From a virus: a stretch of DNA of 64,000 nt. The first letter of the stretch is position 1; each line of letters begins with the position of its first letter. The notes under the pieces were generated by a model, which did not search any database, had not been told where the DNA came from, and saw nothing but the letters and a program-made list of their open reading frames with translations. Shown piece by piece: positions 1 to 10,918 of this stretch. A program made the translations under genes and the position numbers. The stretch lies in the IMG/VR virus record IMGVR_UViG_3300034109_001012; one strand, written 5' to 3'.

Positions 1-222
1 ACTGCACAGTGTTTCAAGGTTACAAACCAAGCCTATCGGGATCTTACCAAAGACAATGATGCAGTTAAGGCTTGTGCTAAAGCTACAAAATCAGGTATTC
101 ATGTCCAATCTAAAAATGCAATGGATGGACTAAAAACAATCATGCTGATAGATGAACACAGTTATCAACTCAGTATTATTATTGAAAACTTCGATGACTC
201 CGGCGAAGATGACGAGGATTAA
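1..222 (+). CDS. 3' end of an ORF entering from upstream (acidic tail ENFDDSGEDDED*); position suggests small terminase subunit
   Basis: Frame 1 open from nt 1 to TAA at 220-222, 5 nt before the terminase start. Confidence 0.35.
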   Translation, partial: TAQCFKVTNQAYRDLTKDNDAVKACAKATKSGIHVQSKNAMDGLKTIMLIDEHSYQLSIIIENFDDSGEDDED

Positions 223-227
223 TTATT

Positions 228-1913
228 ATGCTTCGAGCTATTCAGAAGGGAGAACGACTCAAGAAAGAGTTAAAAGAAGCAAGGAAGCGACGGAGGCAAA
301 AACGAACCAAGTCGGGTCATAATTCCTTAACCCGATTCAAAGATGACCCCGTAGGCTTCTCTCGGTTTATCGGAGTAGCCCCAACGGTTGATCAACAGCG
401 ATTCCTTGAGAGTGTCCGAGACAACCCAGAAACAAACGTTAAGGCAGCGCACGGGGTCGGAAAGTCTATCGGTTCGGCTGTATGCGTTCTGTGGTGGGTT
501 TTCGCTGTTGACGGTTTGGCAATCACTACAGCGCCAACAGAGGATCAGGTTAAACAAATCCTATGGTCTGAGATACGAAAAATCTATGATCGCAACAAAG
601 AAAAGTTAGGGGGAACCAGGGGGGAGCTATTTGTCAGAAAGTCAGAAACCGCCCGTGCTTATGGCTTTACCGCTCGCAACTATGATACAAACTCATTCCA
701 AGGTAAACACGCGGATCGACTTCTATTAATTGCAGACGAAGCCGATGGTATCTCGGACATTATTGATGATGGGTTTCAGAGTTGTTTAACGGGGTCAAGT
801 AACAGGGGATTAAGAATTGGCAACCCGTTGAATAAACAGTCGTCATTCTCAAAGGCTTGCGATCGCACTGCAATAACAATCCCTGCATGGAATCATCCCA
901 ATGTCGCCTGGGCATATCACCTAGAAGAAACCATAGACCCATCGGGTAAAATTCGATTAATTCATAGACTAAAGCCATCGGTGGCACTACAACTTTTAGA
1001 CTCAAATGGATTGGTCAAAACTCAAGATCAATGGCCCCCTGAGTTTCCCCGTGATGTCATCCCCGGCGCTATATCCCTTAAATGGATTGAGGAAGTTAGA
1101 CAGGATAAAGGCGAGTTTTCCGTGTTTTGGCAGGGAAGGGTAGAGGGCATTTTTCCTGAAGATGTCATCGAGGGAATCATCCCCTCCACTTGGTTAAAAG
1201 CTGCAAGGGAACGCTACGACTTTAATCCTGAGTATTGGGATAGACGGGCTATTATTTCACCTTGGAGGCTTGGCATTGATGTTGGGGATGGAGGGGATAG
1301 TCACGCCGTTGCATTATGGCGGGGTGATGTTCTGTATGAAGTAGTCTTATATCCCACTCAAGGGGATGAGCTTGATACAATTAGAATCGCTGATATTGTT
1401 GCTGAAAAGATTAGGAAATTAGGGGGTGCTTATTATGCGGCGGTTGATAAAACGGGCGTGGGTGCAGGGACATTAGCACGATTAAAACAGCAAGGTTTCT
1501 TGGTTAGAGGTTGTGCATTTGGAGAATCAGCCGAAAATAACCACGAATTTTCCAACCGTAAGACCGAGCTATTTTGGAAACTCAGGGACGGGTTAAGGTT
1601 AGGGAAAATAGCGATCGCTCCTTTGGGAGATATTGAGGATCAGGTATTTGAGGATCTATCATCCCATCGTTATTCCTTATCGGGAAAAGGTGGGGAAGAT
1701 AGACAGATAGCTTGTGAGAGTAAGAAGCACGTCCGGGCTAGATTGAAACGTTCTCCCGATGCAGGGGACTCTGTAATCATTGGATCATCCTGTCCTAACC
1801 CTACGTTTTCCGATGGGGTGTCAGAACAGGATGTACTCAAAGAAAAAGTTAAACAACAGCAATTTAATCCAGAGGAGGTATCTGTTAAGAAGGTTAGAGA
1901 TTTATTTAGTTAA
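228..1913 (+). CDS. terL: Terminase large subunit
   Basis: Walker A-like AAHGVGKS, Walker B LLLIADEADG, C-terminal RNase-H-like nuclease motifs (GIDVGDGGDSHAV, AVDKTGVGAG); 561 aa. Confidence 0.8.
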   Translation: MLRAIQKGERLKKELKEARKRRRQKRTKSGHNSLTRFKDDPVGFSRFIGVAPTVDQQRFLESVRDNPETNVKAAHGVGKSIGSAVCVLWWVFAVDGLAITTAPTEDQVKQILWSEIRKIYDRNKEKLGGTRGELFVRKSETARAYGFTARNYDTNSFQGKHADRLLLIADEADGISDIIDDGFQSCLTGSSNRGLRIGNPLNKQSSFSKACDRTAITIPAWNHPNVAWAYHLEETIDPSGKIRLIHRLKPSVALQLLDSNGLVKTQDQWPPEFPRDVIPGAISLKWIEEVRQDKGEFSVFWQGRVEGIFPEDVIEGIIPSTWLKAARERYDFNPEYWDRRAIISPWRLGIDVGDGGDSHAVALWRGDVLYEVVLYPTQGDELDTIRIADIVAEKIRKLGGAYYAAVDKTGVGAGTLARLKQQGFLVRGCAFGESAENNHEFSNRKTELFWKLRDGLRLGKIAIAPLGDIEDQVFEDLSSHRYSLSGKGGEDRQIACESKKHVRARLKRSPDAGDSVIIGSSCPNPTFSDGVSEQDVLKEKVKQQQFNPEEVSVKKVRDLFS

Positions 1914-1942
1914 TGATATAATACTTAATTATCGAAAAGATT

Positions 1943-4900
1943 ATGTTTGACTCTGTTTTTTCTCCAAATCCTTCTGCAATATTCCGAGCCAAAACCCCCG
2001 ACTACGTTAAACCCAAGTCGATAAAAATTAATCTGGATAGATTAGAGAATGGCGGGGCTAATACTTTAACTGATGCTTTTAGTCGTGTGGTCTCCAAAGC
2101 ATTAAAAGACTTAGACGGAGCAATTAAAACTAAAGACTCAAAGGCAATTGAAAACTATCAAGCTGTCTTAATTCCTGAGTTGACCAAATCAATTTACGGG
2201 ATGTGGCTTGGGGGTTGGAACATCGGGCGGAAACATGGGGATAATGAAATTAAGTCCCAACAGAAAAAGGGAACAAACACAGCCAACTTTGACGAGGATC
2301 TGCTAGACGCAGAATTAGCGTCTATAGAAAATGTCCCCGCTCAAAACGCTATTGCCAACCGTTCCAAGACTCTGGCTTCTGATATTTCCTCGACTCAATG
2401 GGGGAAAATTAGAGGGCATATCCTATCAGCAATTCAACCCCAATCCGAAACAGGGGAACCGATAAGCAGATCCGAACTTCTCAAGCGGATCAATTCGGAG
2501 TTAGGTGATAGAGGGTTTAAAAATCGCGCCGAGAAAATAGCCAGAACGGAGTTAACTTTTGCCTATAACGCAGGGAGATTACAGACTTATAAAGATTCTG
2601 GTTTAGTTTCCCATGTTGTATTCTTGTCAATCCTAGATGATCGCCGTTGTCAGGTCTGTGAAGGTCGTCACGGGATGATGATTGACCTAAACGATATAGA
2701 GACTGTTTCAGCGAATACACCGCCGATGCACGTCAATTGTCGCTGTGTATTGAGTCCGAGACTGGCAACTCCTGACAATCAACAGGAGCTAGACGATCAA
2801 ACCCAAGATTCCAAAAAACGTCGATTATTTGAAGCTCCTCCTAAATGGTTGGCTGCGGGTATCTTAGCGGCGATTCTATTGTCACAGAAAAAGGTACGGG
2901 TTCCGGGGTCGGGTGTTGCCACCCCAGGAATTTCAATTCCTTCTCCAGTCAGGGAAGCTGTTGAACGGGGTTTGGTTGATGTTGCTTTAGCTGCACAGAT
3001 TCAGAAGATAGCCAAGGCAACGGGTGAAGTCCAGACAGCAGAACAGATCCGTCAACGACGCAAAAATCAAACCGAATCATTGCCGGATCAAGGTGTGATT
3101 GAAATTCAACCTAGATTAGTTTTGAATGGGGTTGAGCTAAATAGTGCCACACCTGAACAAATTAGAGAGGGGTTAAAAGAGTTTTTACCCAAAAAACAAT
3201 TAGATGATTTAATCAATTATTTACAAGAAAACAAAATTAGTTCTATTGATGATTTGTTAGAGGTTAAAGGTATATCTCGGAAAAGTAAAGCATTTAAAAT
3301 ATTGCAGGGTTTAGCTGATAAAGATAAACTCAGGATTGAATTAGAAAAGCTAACCAGTCCCTCGGAATTGTGGTTAAAAAATTTAGGGTTTTCCCGCTCG
3401 GAATCCAAAGCAATTTTTGATGAATTAAAAAATAAACCTTCTGAGTCATGGAGTGATCTTAAACGCCGACTTAAAAAGCGTGGTATTTCCGGTGACCGGA
3501 TACAGAGAGCTATAGACAAACTCAAATCAATCGAGGCACAAGAGAAACGTCAAGTTGTGGGATTAGATAATTCCGTCCCAATGGTTCCTGATGTGACCCT
3601 AGATTCTCCAGAGATTGCAGTTGGTAAACTGATTAAACAGAGAGAGATCGGATTACAACGACGACGTGAAGCATTGCAAGAAATTAAGGATCTAGGAATT
3701 GAATTAGCTAAAATTAGATCCGATGAGAAAAGATTTAACGTCCGTCTCCGTCGCATGAACAAACGGAATCCCAAGGAGTTCGTTTCACCCGAAGAAATTA
3801 GAATTAAAGAAATTAGATACGCTAGGGTTCAGGCAAAAATAGAACAAGCTCAAAAGAAAGCCAACGCCATCGGATTCCAACTTGAAAGAGCTAATTTGGC
3901 GCTTAATCAGTTAGATATCCCCAACCTCACCCCCGCTGCCAAACTACGGAACCAAGCCGTCCAAAACTTAGGAGACGAGGGTTCTACTCTGCTCGACGCT
4001 ACCAATAGCTTAAAGGCTCAAATATCTAACGAGATAGACAGCCAAATGTCTAAAGGTTTTATCCCTCCTAACAAGAAAATAGCGGGGTTAGAACAAGCAA
4101 ATAACCGGGCTAAGTTAATCACAGAACCCGTGTCTAATCTGATTGAAAAAACAAATTTAGAAGATTTACGATCTAAATTAACCGCACTCCAATCCCACTA
4201 CCAAAACCTATTAGATCCTCTCTACCCAGAAAACTTTTTCGGTCGTGATATTCAGAATGACTTAACCTCACTTCGTGCCGAATTAAAAAGAGTTAAGACC
4301 GAGATTGATGATGCTGTTAGCCTACTGAAAAGAACCGATCAAACCCTCACAGCTACAACTAATCAAACTGAGTCAATCTTAGGAAAAATGGGTTATCTAA
4401 AAACCGGAGCGCAACTAGAAAAGCAAGCCAAAGAACTTGAATCACAGATATTGAATTGGGAGAATAGAGTTAAGAAAACTAGAAACTATGAGCAAACTTA
4501 TGAGCCATTTAGTCAAATAGAGAGACAGCAACCACTAGATAAATTAATTCAAGATGCTACGGACATTAAAACTCAAGTCCCTAAGTTCAAAAAGGAGCTA
4601 GAGAGTAGATTTAGACCCGGATTAAATAATGCTAAATCAACTATTTCCGATATTGCTATACAGACTAAAAAACTCGAACAATTACAGAAAGAAATTGACG
4701 GCATCCTAACTGATACCTCCAAACTTCCTATAACCAAAGCCCAAATTCCTAGTTCGGATGTGGGAACGTATAACGCGACAGTAGAGCTTAGAAAAATATC
4801 CCGTGAAATTACAGAGGAAGTTAAACGGTTAAAGGCGTTAGCTGGTGCGAGCCGAGTTAACCTTGATGAATCTTTAAAGTCACAAAATAAAACCTATCAG

Positions 4901-6376
4901 CAATACGAAAAACAACGGTTTGGGGACGAGCAAACCCCATCCTGGGAGAAAAATCTATCCCCAATGGTTGAGTCAAGAATCACTCAAGTTGAGGATGCTG
5001 TTAAGAAGTTGGAAGCTATAGGTCAGGATTGGAATATAGGCTTCTTGGTTGATCTCGGTCAGAAGATTGACGATGGTGTTGATGCCACGGGAAAAGCTCT
5101 CAAGGTTAGGCGGTGGCTTGATGCTAACGGGCTTTCACCTGAAGATTTAACCTTATCACCAGGTACAGGCAGAAAGGTTGGTTATGAAGCCATTAGACAG
5201 TTGGCTGACGAAACCCTCAGACAGTACAACATTGTCCAGTCCAATATTAGATCCATTAAAAAAGATACCCAGTTTAAAGTATTTACCGAGAATGGATTAA
5301 TTGAGGAAGACAAGTTTTTAAAATGGGCAGAAGATCAAGCTGCATACTGGCAAAACCAAGTTAAAACATCAACATCCGATAATTGGCAGGGGTCAAGTTA
5401 CGAGCGAGTTGATAAGCTCTGGAAATCTTTGGATGGCAAAAAAGCCTCTGATGTTAAGGTCAGGGAATCTATCAAGCCCGATGATGTACAAGGTCAACTC
5501 AGAAAAACCATAGGTAAATATCAGGATTGGCAGCGTAAATACACGGTATTAAAGGAACAGGGGGAAGTAACGGGGAATGGAATTAGATCATTAAATGATG
5601 CTCAAAAGAAATTATTAAATGAGCAAAATATTCTATTAGAACAGCTTAATAGATATAACCTTGATAGCTCAAATCTAATTAGAGATAACGCAGATAACAC
5701 CATGCAAATATGGGAGAAGGTCAGACAAGATGCTGGTAAACCCGTATTCTTTGACGTGAAAGGGAAAGCCATTGAGAGGGGGGAACTATTTAAACAATTA
5801 GATGAGATTGAGAATAAATTAAAACAATCTCTAAACATGAGAGAAATCAAGATAGAACCATTAACTTATCAAGCCGATAAAGCATCGTTAATGATTAAAG
5901 ATCGGAACATCCTTAATCAAGCCTTGACTGAATTAGAGCCTAAGATAACTGAAATTCAACAACAGATTCAACAGCTTGCTACGGCTGGGAAAGGAACTAA
6001 AAAACTAGAAACTCAACTGAATAAGTTGCAGCTAGAGAAACAAATTAAACAACAGCAGTTGGGCGAGGTTATTCAAGATATTAGAGACTTGAGATTACCG
6101 CCATTACAGAATGAGAAAATCCAAATCCTCAAGGGTCAAATAGGAGAAACCCAGAAACAATTGACGGGAATTAAATCCGAAATAGCAACACTGCGACGGG
6201 AGATAACGGCACTCAAGGAACAGCCATTGGACGGGTCAGCATCGGGTATTAAACGTCAAAACAGACTCAATGCTTTGGAGGGTAGTATCACGCGGAAAAA
6301 TCAAGATTTGTTTAAGGTTGTTGGGGTATTGAATGATCAAAGGGGAGAATTAGGGAGGTTGAGAGCAGGGAGTTAA
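1943..6376 (+). CDS. Head morphogenesis (Mu gpF / SPP1 gp7-like) domain fused to a ~1100-aa coiled-coil extension
   Basis: ARTELTFAYNAGRL...RRCQVCEGRHG...PPMHVNCRCVL motif block at aa ~200-270; rest is heptad-rich K/E/Q/L sequence with an HhH-like segment. Confidence 0.7.
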   Translation: MFDSVFSPNPSAIFRAKTPDYVKPKSIKINLDRLENGGANTLTDAFSRVVSKALKDLDGAIKTKDSKAIENYQAVLIPELTKSIYGMWLGGWNIGRKHGDNEIKSQQKKGTNTANFDEDLLDAELASIENVPAQNAIANRSKTLASDISSTQWGKIRGHILSAIQPQSETGEPISRSELLKRINSELGDRGFKNRAEKIARTELTFAYNAGRLQTYKDSGLVSHVVFLSILDDRRCQVCEGRHGMMIDLNDIETVSANTPPMHVNCRCVLSPRLATPDNQQELDDQTQDSKKRRLFEAPPKWLAAGILAAILLSQKKVRVPGSGVATPGISIPSPVREAVERGLVDVALAAQIQKIAKATGEVQTAEQIRQRRKNQTESLPDQGVIEIQPRLVLNGVELNSATPEQIREGLKEFLPKKQLDDLINYLQENKISSIDDLLEVKGISRKSKAFKILQGLADKDKLRIELEKLTSPSELWLKNLGFSRSESKAIFDELKNKPSESWSDLKRRLKKRGISGDRIQRAIDKLKSIEAQEKRQVVGLDNSVPMVPDVTLDSPEIAVGKLIKQREIGLQRRREALQEIKDLGIELAKIRSDEKRFNVRLRRMNKRNPKEFVSPEEIRIKEIRYARVQAKIEQAQKKANAIGFQLERANLALNQLDIPNLTPAAKLRNQAVQNLGDEGSTLLDATNSLKAQISNEIDSQMSKGFIPPNKKIAGLEQANNRAKLITEPVSNLIEKTNLEDLRSKLTALQSHYQNLLDPLYPENFFGRDIQNDLTSLRAELKRVKTEIDDAVSLLKRTDQTLTATTNQTESILGKMGYLKTGAQLEKQAKELESQILNWENRVKKTRNYEQTYEPFSQIERQQPLDKLIQDATDIKTQVPKFKKELESRFRPGLNNAKSTISDIAIQTKKLEQLQKEIDGILTDTSKLPITKAQIPSSDVGTYNATVELRKISREITEEVKRLKALAGASRVNLDESLKSQNKTYQQYEKQRFGDEQTPSWEKNLSPMVESRITQVEDAVKKLEAIGQDWNIGFLVDLGQKIDDGVDATGKALKVRRWLDANGLSPEDLTLSPGTGRKVGYEAIRQLADETLRQYNIVQSNIRSIKKDTQFKVFTENGLIEEDKFLKWAEDQAAYWQNQVKTSTSDNWQGSSYERVDKLWKSLDGKKASDVKVRESIKPDDVQGQLRKTIGKYQDWQRKYTVLKEQGEVTGNGIRSLNDAQKKLLNEQNILLEQLNRYNLDSSNLIRDNADNTMQIWEKVRQDAGKPVFFDVKGKAIERGELFKQLDEIENKLKQSLNMREIKIEPLTYQADKASLMIKDRNILNQALTELEPKITEIQQQIQQLATAGKGTKKLETQLNKLQLEKQIKQQQLGEVIQDIRDLRLPPLQNEKIQILKGQIGETQKQLTGIKSEIATLRREITALKEQPLDGSASGIKRQNRLNALEGSITRKNQDLFKVVGVLNDQRGELGRLRAGS

Positions 6377-6383
6377 TATTTAA

Positions 6384-6692
6384 TTAATCCTTAATTGAAT
6401 CCTCAAACTTATCAATCTGGGATTCGATTAAATATTCAATTGCGATCGCAACATATCCATTAAACAAACCCGCCAGAAACCCGACATAAACATTAAAAGG
6501 CATCAGGATCAAATAAACGATCACTGATGCCTCAAACGTTTGGCAGTAAGGGCATTGAAACAATTTACTAAAAAATGATTGCGCTTTGGAATTTTCAAGC
6601 CACACCCGAACGGGATGGAGTAGGGAATGCTTAAAAATAAACCATCTTAAACCGAGAGATAATAGCAGAAAAACAATTAAATCAGATAACAT
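6384..6692 (-). CDS. Small membrane protein with CPYC motif
   Basis: 102-aa ORF, 3 hydrophobic segments, FQCPYCQTFEA motif; stop/start overlap with the next ORF. Confidence 0.4.
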   Translation of the reverse strand: MLSDLIVFLLLSLGLRWFIFKHSLLHPVRVWLENSKAQSFFSKLFQCPYCQTFEASVIVYLILMPFNVYVGFLAGLFNGYVAIAIEYLIESQIDKFEDSIKD

Positions 6693-6901
6693 TATTTACC
6701 CAATGACCATTTTTTGAGTGATTTCAAGTCACTGTATTCCTGATACTGATTAATTAATTCATCAATATTCGATTTCTCTAATACAACACTTCCCCCAATG
6801 TCATCAGTGATAATGTACCTGTGATCTTTAATAATTAATTGAGGGCAACAACTTTTACCTCTACACAATGAGACTTGATACTTTCCTTTTATTTCTGTCA
6901 T
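6692..6901 (-). CDS. Hypothetical protein
   Basis: 69-aa ORF translationally coupled to 6384..6692. Confidence 0.35.
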   Translation of the reverse strand: MTEIKGKYQVSLCRGKSCCPQLIIKDHRYIITDDIGGSVVLEKSNIDELINQYQEYSDLKSLKKWSLGK

Positions 6902-6931
6902 TGGTTTTTGGTTAATGGTTTTTTCTTGTTA

Positions 6932-7507
6932 TTAGTAACTTTCACGATGTCCAAACTCCTCAAAGGAAACTTTAAATGGCTGCCCCAAAAACCGTCTGGG
7001 ATTGTCGGGAGTATTGGTTACATCCCCACTAACGCACTGTCGAGATCCTTTTGCCATCACACCAGATCCTCCCTGGGGTTCTATTCCTAATATCTTAACA
7101 TGACGCTCCGTGACACCCGCCGCATAATCAGCAATATCAAACCCCACATAATCCCAGACCCTTAAAGCTCTAAACGATTTGTTACTTTGAATGGTTGCTC
7201 CCTGATACCGCCTCAATTCCTGGAACACAAACCGCAATTCCGCCATTTCTTCAATGACGTCAATTGAGAATCCAAACCGGATATTAGTCACTTGTACCCA
7301 GTCACCGCCAAACCGATTGGATACGGAACCGGGGGAAGGGGGATTCTCTTGATACTTGTCACCTGGAATCATTAATTCTAGGTTGCCCGCATCGTTAAAG
7401 TACGATTTACGGATTGCATCCCCATCTCGCCACGTCAATGCTTCATAATATTTATCTTTGATTGAGGATGGAGTCTCAAAAATTAACTTACCAATGATTA
7501 CAGCCAT
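6932..7507 (-). CDS. Hypothetical protein
   Basis: 191-aa ORF filling the gap; divergent from 7547 ORF. Confidence 0.45.
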   Translation of the reverse strand: MAVIIGKLIFETPSSIKDKYYEALTWRDGDAIRKSYFNDAGNLELMIPGDKYQENPPSPGSVSNRFGGDWVQVTNIRFGFSIDVIEEMAELRFVFQELRRYQGATIQSNKSFRALRVWDYVGFDIADYAAGVTERHVKILGIEPQGGSGVMAKGSRQCVSGDVTNTPDNPRRFLGQPFKVSFEEFGHRESY

Positions 7508-7546
7508 ATTACAATTAGAATAGACCTATAAATTTATAATAATATT

Positions 7547-10500
7547 ATGTATCTAAAACTAGACATCCCTGAATTAAATCTAAATGTTAAACAGTCAGGG
7601 GCTTTTGGTTTGTCGCTAGGGAATCCAAATGGATTAAGTAAAGAAATATTAATTAAAGATGGTGTCTCTATTGTAGAAATAACTCCTACTGTCAACCCTG
7701 TCCTGATTATTCCCACACCTCAAAGCCAGAAGATTGTCTCGCTTGTTATTAATAATAAAATTTACCAATTATCAGAATCAGTAGAAGCAGAACAACTCGC
7801 ACCGGATGAATTTATTTATAATCCCTATGCTCAACAGGTAGCGATCGCTCAATATTCAGATCCAAAATATATTCAAGTCACTTCACCTACCAATCCCGTA
7901 ACCGTATCAATCCCAGGCTACAGCACCGCCACGAATGTTTATATCGGTGGGACTAGCCAGAATGCTGTTAGCTACACGGTCAAACCGCACGGAACACTTA
8001 TTGGAGATTTAGAACAAGGGCAAGCGGTTTACAACCCCGCATCCAATGAATTAATTTTTATTCCCGTTCAGTCTTTAGCCAAAACCATCACTACAGCCCC
8101 CCAAATTTTAGCTGTACAGATATCGGGAGTTAAGATAACAACACCTACTACCCCGATCAAGGTATCGGTTGTTAACAATACATCTAATATTGATTACGAC
8201 ACCGACTATATAGATAAGTTGCCAACGGTTTTACAATGGTTACCTTTGTTGGGTAACTTCAATTATTCGACATCCTTAGAACAATCTCAAAACGGAGAGA
8301 TGCGGTTCGAGACTTGGTTTAGTTATAAAAATTTAGTTTTGAAACATTTATGTCGGGGGGCAAAGTTTGAGGCATTCGGGATTGGGTGGCGAGTCGATGG
8401 ATTACAGATTAATGAAAAGATGAGATCAGAATTATCTCATCCAAAAATAGAGGTTTCAATTTCTCTGACCGATCCCCATTGGTGGCTCGATACAGAAGTC
8501 CCGCTGGTTCCCAGAAAGTACAAGGACGATCCATTGGGCGGATTGTCCCCTATTCTCTATTCTGGGGATTGGAAGATTTCTTATCACTATTCAGCAAGTA
8601 GTCCAGGGGTTGACCCTGAATGTTTAACCAACAGCCCATCACAACCCAAAGCCACATTAGCTGAATCGAGGACTTTAACATGGCTTTGCGGTCAAGCGGG
8701 GGGGATGTTATCAGGAATGGAAGGGGAAATACCAGTACCAAATGATGTGAGTCCAGAGGAAGGAAGGATACCCCGTAGTGAAATTCAATCAAGATTAAGA
8801 CAGAATAATTGTTTTTTGGATTTATCGGACTCTGATACTGTCTATTGCAAAAAATGGAACTCAACCAAGCAATGGCTATTACAAGAAACTGATATTTTAT
8901 CACCAATTTCTGTCAGTTGCTCCACTGGTAAGCAACGAAAACTTACACCTAACTCCGCATTCCAACAAGAAATTATTGTCGGGTTGCCAAACAATATCAC
9001 ACCCAAACAGACCATTACCTTAAAGAATGAGGATGTGACCAATATTTATGGAGCTTCTTATATATGGCCGAAGCAAGAAGTCACTGGAGAATTTCTTGAA
9101 AAGTCTCAGGAACAGGTAGAGGAAAACCAAGGGAATAGAGCGCCCACACTGCCAGAATACCGAATGAGACAGCGTAAGTATGAACAAAGGACAGAAGACC
9201 CCGACATCGCAAATACACCGCCCGATTCAGTTGATATCAATGATTTGTCGGTATCTTTTTGGAAGTCTGGGCAAAACTACGTCAAGGTTAAACGAGAGAT
9301 TAAAACTATTGATGGTTTTGAGTTTCAAGTTACCGAACAAAAATACGCTTTTAACGGGCCGTTAGCTAAAGATATTTATGAATATAGTCAAGGGGTTTGG
9401 AAGTTAAAGAAAGCTGATGTTAGAAGTTTTTGGGGATTGATAGAGGAAACCACAACTCAACACTTCTATAGCTCTGGATTCAGTGCCTACGAAGGGCTTT
9501 ATTTGGGATACGAAAAAAGTGGGTGGCGGTTTCATGTTTTCGCTACGGAACCAGAAATTAATATTTCGGATTCAGAAGCCGACCCAACGCTGCAATACCC
9601 TACACTCTCATCTCAACAGCAATACATAGACAAGGGGAGCGGAGCCACAAACGCAGACCTTCAGACTAAAGACCTAGCGAACAAAGCCTACACGCCCCAA
9701 CGCGTCCCTATTTTTGAGAAGGAAAAATATTACCATGAGCCGATGGAAAAATACTATAAAGACGCGGCGGTTCAGACTGTTGACGAGGTTAAATGGTGTA
9801 TGCCCGACGGGACAAGTCGCAGGTTGGCAGCGATAGATAAGACCTTCCAACAGCCCTATATTGTCACCGCTAGGGAGAAGGTTGTCAGAGGTTTGTCTTC
9901 AATGGAAGATCCTCGAAATCCTACGATTAGAGAATTTAATCAAAAGCGACCAGATGGGCAAAAGGAAAAACCAGAATTTCCCCCTCTGACAACCGGGACG
10001 GAATCATCAGAATCCTACAAGGTAAAAATCAATCGGAGCGTCAACACCCCTGGATATAGGAACACTGATGATTCCGAAAAGGATACTTTCACGGCTTACA
10101 CTCGGTCAGCATCAACAGGGGGGAATGGGTCAGGTTTTGGTTCTCAAATCTCAGAAAATAGGGTAGACGAAGTTGAAGGTAGACCGGAATCATCGAGGCG
10201 GCTTCCCCCTATTTGGGAGCGGGTAGAGGAGGAAAACCCTACCGAAACAGAGGAAAAGCAAAACCAATCCGATCCCAAGCGATACCGCTATAAAGTGTGG
10301 ACACCCTTAGCACCGGACAAAACACCTTTTGACCAATTAGTGTCGGGGTCAATGAGTTTTCCTTATGCCAAAACATTATCAGAGGTTAGAACGGCAATTA
10401 AAACCAATCTGGATATAGAAAACGCTCGCAACAGTTACACAGAAGGCTTCACTACTTTTTTTAATCCTTCAATGCGTCCGGGCGATCAGCTGACCTATTT

Positions 10501-10798
10501 TGTTAATGGCGAAAGACGCAAGCGCAGGATTCTGTCTATATCTCCTAGCGTCGTTTTTCAAGGCAACCTGAATAACAAACCTTTTGCCACAGGGACGATG
10601 CAGTTAAGTGTGGGATGTCCGATTGAGGTCGATTTCATATTAGAGCAAGAATTAATCCCCAATAGCGCCACAGACAAGGATAAATTAGGTACGGGCTATC
10701 CTTTAGAGGTTTGGCTAGATCCTACGGGCGGAGCGCAGGGAGCTTTTGAAGTGGAAAATATCCCCTCCCGACTAACGCCCCCTTCTACTTTCTTGTAA
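7547..10798 (+). CDS. Large virion-associated protein (function unknown, possibly tail tip/host recognition)
   Basis: 1083-aa uninterrupted ORF followed by a hairpin terminator; convergent with tape measure gene. Confidence 0.5.
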   Translation: MYLKLDIPELNLNVKQSGAFGLSLGNPNGLSKEILIKDGVSIVEITPTVNPVLIIPTPQSQKIVSLVINNKIYQLSESVEAEQLAPDEFIYNPYAQQVAIAQYSDPKYIQVTSPTNPVTVSIPGYSTATNVYIGGTSQNAVSYTVKPHGTLIGDLEQGQAVYNPASNELIFIPVQSLAKTITTAPQILAVQISGVKITTPTTPIKVSVVNNTSNIDYDTDYIDKLPTVLQWLPLLGNFNYSTSLEQSQNGEMRFETWFSYKNLVLKHLCRGAKFEAFGIGWRVDGLQINEKMRSELSHPKIEVSISLTDPHWWLDTEVPLVPRKYKDDPLGGLSPILYSGDWKISYHYSASSPGVDPECLTNSPSQPKATLAESRTLTWLCGQAGGMLSGMEGEIPVPNDVSPEEGRIPRSEIQSRLRQNNCFLDLSDSDTVYCKKWNSTKQWLLQETDILSPISVSCSTGKQRKLTPNSAFQQEIIVGLPNNITPKQTITLKNEDVTNIYGASYIWPKQEVTGEFLEKSQEQVEENQGNRAPTLPEYRMRQRKYEQRTEDPDIANTPPDSVDINDLSVSFWKSGQNYVKVKREIKTIDGFEFQVTEQKYAFNGPLAKDIYEYSQGVWKLKKADVRSFWGLIEETTTQHFYSSGFSAYEGLYLGYEKSGWRFHVFATEPEINISDSEADPTLQYPTLSSQQQYIDKGSGATNADLQTKDLANKAYTPQRVPIFEKEKYYHEPMEKYYKDAAVQTVDEVKWCMPDGTSRRLAAIDKTFQQPYIVTAREKVVRGLSSMEDPRNPTIREFNQKRPDGQKEKPEFPPLTTGTESSESYKVKINRSVNTPGYRNTDDSEKDTFTAYTRSASTGGNGSGFGSQISENRVDEVEGRPESSRRLPPIWERVEEENPTETEEKQNQSDPKRYRYKVWTPLAPDKTPFDQLVSGSMSFPYAKTLSEVRTAIKTNLDIENARNSYTEGFTTFFNPSMRPGDQLTYFVNGERRKRRILSISPSVVFQGNLNNKPFATGTMQLSVGCPIEVDFILEQELIPNSATDKDKLGTGYPLEVWLDPTGGAQGAFEVENIPSRLTPPSTFL

Positions 10799-10820
10799 GA
10801 TGTTTTTAAAATGGTTACTA

Positions 10821-10853
10821 CCCCTGGGTGTTCACGCACCGCGAGGGGTTTTG
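10821..10853 (+). terminator. Hairpin plus T-run between convergent genes
   Basis: CCCCTGGGTG..CACCGCGAGGGG followed by TTTTG. Confidence 0.5.
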
Positions 10854-10918
10854 TTATTATTAATTATATCATTTTTTATTAAGTTGTAGTACAGAGCATA
10901 CAATTTAATAAAAACAAT

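Noticed and set aside
2800-6376. Polymorphic-toxin C-terminus on the MuF protein
   Set aside because: The extension is almost entirely coiled-coil-like, without any catalytic motif I can recognise. The idea was kept only as an unusual fusion.
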